64,000 nucleotides of DNA from Raillietiella orientalis (taxonomy: Eukaryota): NCBI GenBank assembly GCA_036172245.1, contig JAYWIR010000040.1, positions 248,001 to 312,000 of the forward strand, given 5' to 3'. The notes beneath the pieces are model-generated. The model saw only the letters and a program-made list of their open reading frames with translations. It was not told the DNA's origin and searched no databases. The translations under genes and the position numbers were made by a program. Every line of letters begins with the position of its first letter. The first letter of the stretch is position 1. Positions 58,977 through 64,000 of this stretch are shown in pieces.

Positions 58977-60764
58977 ATGCAGGCACATGGAGGAGGAGTG
59001 GAGAGACCGTCGTCCCCCATGGAAGCCAGGGAGGTAACGTGCGGCAACGGCGAGGCGGTGGCAGGCATGCCAAGGATCGCGCCCGCGGCGGGCTTTGCTG
59101 CGCCGGCGGCGGCGATGCCAAGGGTCGTGCCCGCGGCGACGACGGCGGAGGTCGTGCCCGCGGCGGCGACGCCGAGGATCGTGCCCGCGGCGGGGAAGGT
59201 CGCGATTGCGGCAGCGATGCCGAGTGTGCCGCCTGCGGCGGCAACGGTGGCGACGTCGAGGGTTGCGCTCGCGGCGGCGGCGTCCCAGGCAGGACCCGCG
59301 GGCGTCGACGCGGTTCAGGGCGAGACGCCATCTTGTTCGGCTGCGGCGGCGCAGCCCTTTTGCTATGCGTCGGTGGCGGCTGGACAAGCGAGTGTCCACA
59401 CACCAAGAAAATTCGGGAAGCCGCTATGCGGTAAAGTCCATAAGGTCGATCGGCCGATCGTGGAGTTAGGGCCCAATGTGAAGCCCATCATTTTTAAGAC
59501 TGGGCTGATCACGTTCAGTAATACCAGGGAGGTGTATCTGTCCCTCGATAAGACGGATATCAATTTTGATCGCATACAGGCGATCATACCGGCAAATAAC
59601 GGGTTCACAGTCTTCACAGACTGTGAAAATATTAGAGAGCGATTGATCCTGAAGGGGATCAATATACAAGGGAGGATGGTTTGTGGTATTGGCGAAATGC
59701 CATACACAACCGTCTTTCTGAACGGCATCTCCATCCTCACACCGCAACTAACGGAGTGGAACTTTTTGGAGCAGTATGGGGAAGTTCTGGACCTTGAATT
59801 CCATAACTTCTCTGGAAATATATTTTCTGGCGACATGATCGCCAAAATAAAGTTGAAAGAGGGAGCTGTGATCCCTGGATTAGCCGTTCTTGACGAACAA
59901 TCTCAGCGAGTGAACGTGCATTACCGGCAACAGCCGATATTCTGCACCAGGTGCAAGCAGTTCGGCCACAGGGCCGGCGCTTGCCCAACGTGTCGTTGTT
60001 TCCGCTGCGGCAAAGTTGGACATCAAGTTCGAAACTGCCCGCAGCCGGAGGTGTGCTCCTTCTGCAAGAAACACAGACATGCCAAATGGAGCTGTCCGGA
60101 GTTTGCAAACTGCAGAAGGATTCGAGGTCTCTCTCCCGTGAGAGAGAGAAACACCAAGGAGGCGGAACAGCCTCAGAAGGCAGGAAGGCCGAAGAAGGTG
60201 AAAGAAGCCGTCCCGGTATCGGAAGACGGCTTCATACAGGTAGGGAAGAAAGGAAAGAGAAGGATGCTCGTCAAGGAGCAAGAAACCCCTCTTATCCTGG
60301 AAGGTGAAGAGCAAGTAGGCGAGAAGATGGAGGTAGCGCAGGAAGGCGCGGAAGAAGAAAAAGCCGAAGCCACTCCGGCGTCGCAGGAGGCCCTGCAATC
60401 TACGGAGGAGTTGGCATCACTAGCTAATGAAGTCTTAGAGGTGCAGAGCGGTCCCCAGCAAGAGAAAATCTTGCAGAAAAGCTGCAATGCACAGGAGAAG
60501 GTCAACCAGGTTGTGGAGGTCACCGAGCGCGAAAAGCTAGAGGAACAGCTTCTCGACGTAAAGGCGAACTTCTGCGCCAAGGTCCAGATAGAGACGCTAT
60601 CTCGAAAACTGATCGAGCGGGCCGAACACTCGACGGAGGAGGCGGACGTAACCGACCTCACCGGAACAGAGAGTGACGCCGGCAGCGAGAAGCCCGCTGC
60701 TTCTTCATTGTCTGGAAGAGCACGCTCTCTCAGACAGAAGAAGCTCAGGAAGGCCAAAAAATAG
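58977..60764 (+). CDS. Family B ORF1 protein (Ala-rich N-terminal repeats, 3x CCHC zinc knuckle, Glu-rich tail); start codon uncertain
   Basis: CTRCKQFGHRAGAC, CFRCGKVGHQVRNC, CSFCKKHRHAKWSC in an open frame 58860-60764; first ATG at 58977. Confidence 0.8.
   Translation: MQAHGGGVERPSSPMEAREVTCGNGEAVAGMPRIAPAAGFAAPAAAMPRVVPAATTAEVVPAAATPRIVPAAGKVAIAAAMPSVPPAAATVATSRVALAAAASQAGPAGVDAVQGETPSCSAAAAQPFCYASVAAGQASVHTPRKFGKPLCGKVHKVDRPIVELGPNVKPIIFKTGLITFSNTREVYLSLDKTDINFDRIQAIIPANNGFTVFTDCENIRERLILKGINIQGRMVCGIGEMPYTTVFLNGISILTPQLTEWNFLEQYGEVLDLEFHNFSGNIFSGDMIAKIKLKEGAVIPGLAVLDEQSQRVNVHYRQQPIFCTRCKQFGHRAGACPTCRCFRCGKVGHQVRNCPQPEVCSFCKKHRHAKWSCPEFANCRRIRGLSPVRERNTKEAEQPQKAGRPKKVKEAVPVSEDGFIQVGKKGKRRMLVKEQETPLILEGEEQVGEKMEVAQEGAEEEKAEATPASQEALQSTEELASLANEVLEVQSGPQQEKILQKSCNAQEKVNQVVEVTEREKLEEQLLDVKANFCAKVQIETLSRKLIERAEHSTEEADVTDLTGTESDAGSEKPAASSLSGRARSLRQKKLRKAKK
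59060..59250 (+). repeat. Degenerate GC-rich ~27-bp repeats encoding (M/T)PR(V/I)VPAA
   Basis: tcg(t/c)gcccgcggcg recurs four times. Confidence 0.75.
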
Positions 60765-60777
60765 GTCTTCCCCTTTT

Positions 60778-63700
60778 ATGGACTCTTCCCTATCGACCGC
60801 CAGGAGGATAAACATCGCCTCCTGGAACGTAAACGGTGTGGTCGACCAGGGAAAAAGAAGAAGGATTGTGCGGACCATCGCACAACAAGACATCGTGTGC
60901 CTGCAGGAGACCCACAGGATGGGTCTCGAGATAAGCCAGCGAATAGAACAGCGATTCAACGGGCAGATGTTCGTCAACGAAGGAGAACGGAACACGAAGG
61001 GTGTGGCGGTGCTAATAAAGAACAACTTAGCCCCCACTATTCTGGAAGTGTTCTGTCCCCAACCCGGACGAATCATCGGCGTGCGACTGGCCTGGTCCGC
61101 GACTGTTCACCTTATCCTGGTAAACGTGTACGGGCCGCACAGGCTAAAACATCGTTGTGCGGAGGCGCCGCATGCAACACTCCGGCAAAAGGTCGCCCCT
61201 AAGGACGTCGTGATTGTTGCTGGCGATCTCAACATCTTGGATGAGATCATTCATTCGGAAGACGCCAGAGGAAGGACGGCGTATCGACGGCTATCCGAGG
61301 AGTTCGGACTGGTCTGCGAACAGCAAGCCACAAGCCATTCGATCACGTCCTGCACAGCACCGAACTTAGGAACCGTATCCAGGGGTTTCGCGACACTATG
61401 ACTACGGTGTCCGATCACCCCCTGGTGCGGTTTTCCCTAAGAACGGAGAATCCTCGGCGGAGGCAAGGCACCAGGGCAGCGCTCATCAGCATGCCCGCCT
61501 GGTTCGAAACCCATCCCGGACATCAGGCTGTCCTGGAGGCGATTCTGAGGGCAACAACAATCCGAAGAGTCGCCGACTGAGACAGCCTGAAACACAGGAT
61601 ACACCTGTTTGCAAACATGCAGTTCGGGGATAGGCGCTTGAGGCAAGAGGCGTACCGGGAGCTGAACATCCAAGATCGCTCCCTCTCAAAGTACTTCGAT
61701 CAGTACGAGAGTCGGTACGTCCTCAATAACATAAAAGGGGAAGTCGGCGTGCTTGAGAAGAGAAATCTGGAAACAGATATCTTCTGCATCCAGTACGACG
61801 GCCAAAAGCGACAGTCGTCTGAGGACATCGTGGATGCCTTTCACAGGCATTACACAAAACACTTCAGGCGACAACAGCTGTGTCGCTCTAGTCAACAGGC
61901 CTTCTTGAGCTATCTCGAGAAGAGGACCGACGACCTCCAGCGGAACAGACTGGAGGAGGAGTTCTCCGAAGAAGAGGTGAAGACTGCGTTTGGGCAACTA
62001 CGCAAGGACGTGGCAGCGGGCCCTGACAGTGTACCCATCTCTCACTATCAGCGGTACTTGCATGCCTACCTGCGTTTGTTCCACCAGTTGACCCTCTGCA
62101 TCCGTGAAGAAGGAAGACTTCCACAGTCCTTCTACGAGAGTCGGATGAGATTGTTGCCAAAAGGAGGCGACCTCACGCAGGTCGCTCAATGGAGGCCAAT
62201 CTCGATCCTGAACTCGGATGCCAAGTGGTTGGCGAAGATCTGGTCCAACCGCTTAGGCAAGGTCATGTCGAGGCTCATCTCTCCGGTCCAAACGTGTGCA
62301 GTCCCTGGACGTCACATGTCGGACAATGTCAAGTGTGCCCAGGCCACCGTCGGACTCAGCCAATACGTCGGCGAGAATCTGGCGCTGGTGTTCACTGACA
62401 TGGAGAAGGCTTTCGACTCCATCGACCATAAGATGCTGCTGATGGTTCTGGAAAAGCTCGGACTTACGGAACACTTCAGCAACTTCGTGAGAATGGTACT
62501 CCAGAACCAGTACTGTTGAATCAAAATCAAAGGCCAGGAGGCGGCAGCAATCCGGATGGAACGGGGAGTCCGGCAGGGCGATTCGTTTAGTCCTATGCTG
62601 TTCGTCATCTACATGGAGGCGTTGTGGTCCTTTATCGAGAAGAGCGGACGACTGCAAGGCATAACAATAGATGGCCAGCGTCTTACTTATCTGGCATACG
62701 CTGATGATCTACTCTTCTTTATCAAGGGAGAGAGAAATCAACGAGCGTTTCTTTATGTGGTAGACCTGATGGATCAAGGCCTCGGTCTAAAGAGCAACGC
62801 CCATAAAAGCCAGCTCTTGCCCGTTGGAATCCTCGATCTCTCCACTCTAGCAAGGAGAGGATTCCGAACGGTGGACAAGGCCAAGTACCTGGGTGTCTAC
62901 ATTGGCGACGTCTCCGCGTCGAAGCTATTGTGGACCGAGATCCTAGGGAAAACGCCCAAGGAAGCAGCCAAGTACACCCGAACGGACCTTGGAATGAAGC
63001 GAAAGGCCAACATATGGAACGAAGTACTCCTTCCAAAAGTGCTCTTCGGGGCGGCCTTCGCGAGGATAAACAAGGACACTACTAGGGAGTTCGACAAGCT
63101 GCAAAGAAAAACACTCTGGGGCCACTATCGCCCAAGAGTAAGACTGAAACCCCTGTGTCGTCCCAGGGAAGAAGGCGGTTCCGGGATGAAGTCGCTTGCA
63201 CACTCCATAGAAATCATGGATACGCGACACATCCTGGACATTGCCACTCACTGGGATGACTGGCCGTATGCGGCGCACAGGGCCTACGCGTTGTTGCTTA
63301 ACAACTCGAAAGGCCTTATGACTGCGCTGCTAGGCCGAGCAGGCAAATGGAACAAAATCGACCCCACCTGGACGAGGAAGCAACGGCTGGTGCGGAAGCA
63401 CCAAATCAAGATCGTGCCGCGAAGCAGGGAACTCTGGCAGGACGAGTCCATCCTGGTGATCCCTTGGTTGCTTCCTGTCCCGCCGGACACGAGAAGCTGG
63501 ATCTACCAGCGGTCCAGTGTTACCCTACTACAAATCCAGGAGTGGAGGCGAGGAGGCTACCTACATCAAACACGTATACTTCGGTATACAGAGATGATGT
63601 TAGGAAGGTTTACCCACAGGACCCGCGAAGTGTGGTTCAACCACAACGACTTCGCATGGTCGAGGGTAACCAGAACAAACCTCCAAAGGCTTATCAAAGA

Positions 63701-64000
63701 AAACGACCGTGACACCAGTGCCCTCCAGGAAGCCACCGAACGCTACGGGAGTGAACGGTTCAACCTGTTAGCGATCGGCACGACGCTCTGGAGGAGTGAC
63801 CTTCCGCCGGGCACCCAGGATGACCTCCTCATGTTTGATCACGGAGGAATCCAGAGTGGGTCCCGATTGCAGCACTTCACAGGAAGACGGGAAGACCGAG
63901 ACTGCGCAGCATGTGGAGACGACGACACGAGACTTCACGTCTTGACGTGTCCCACACTGCTGCATGACTGGCTGATCCTGAAAAGGATCATAGGACTTAC
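60778..64000 (+). pseudogene. Family B ORF2 (APE-RT), disrupted
   Basis: ASWNVNG, CLQETH, DMEKAFD, YADD; frameshift near 61330, stops near 61578 and 62517. Confidence 0.88.

Larger units (their letters stand above)
58825..64000 (+). mobile_element. Family B, apparently 5'-complete copy, runs off window edge
   Basis: Long ORF1 then decayed ORF2 collinear with 55158-58360. Confidence 0.92.

Noticed and set aside
2681..62519. Alternative genetic code (TGA read as Trp) suggested by several TGG>TGA stops
   Set aside because: Stops occur alongside TAG/TAA stops and frameshifts and mostly at copy-specific positions, as expected for decay.
1..64000. Assignment to a named family or host species
   Set aside because: Not recognisable from sequence alone; needs Repbase/Dfam comparison and an RT phylogeny.

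Overview
The whole 64 kb is a dense, nested array of eukaryotic non-LTR retrotransposons of the L1/Tx1 type. No host genes, RNA genes or CRISPR arrays are visible. Each element has a zinc-knuckle ORF1, then an ORF2 with APE-like endonuclease (WNVNG, LQE, NVYAP, GDFN, DH, SDH), reverse transcriptase (KAFD, RQGD, YADD) and a C-terminal CCHC. I count about 30 fragments from roughly ten families (letters A-K are my own working labels); every ORF2 is broken or truncated. Element ends can be read directly: 5' ends carry a GGACGTGT(T/C)TT-like motif, and 3' ends are AATAAA + a CCCGG-N5-CCGGG hairpin + a 3-5 nt tail rather than poly(A). Mapping these ends shows the nesting is not random. Most families insert at their own fixed position and orientation inside the coding sequence of other families: ORF1 P-x-K-A, endonuclease QEI / VxFD / GDFN, linker LRNL / GFG, RT KAFD, and family A ORF1 DSA. 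Target-site duplications of about 8-32 bp are visible. Three families appear to form a cyclic loop (C into D, E into C, D into E/C) that seems to run twice between 5.3 and 23.7 kb. This retrotransposon-on-retrotransposon targeting network is the main candidate new system. Coordinates were read by eye (junctions +/- a few nt) and the host organism cannot be determined.
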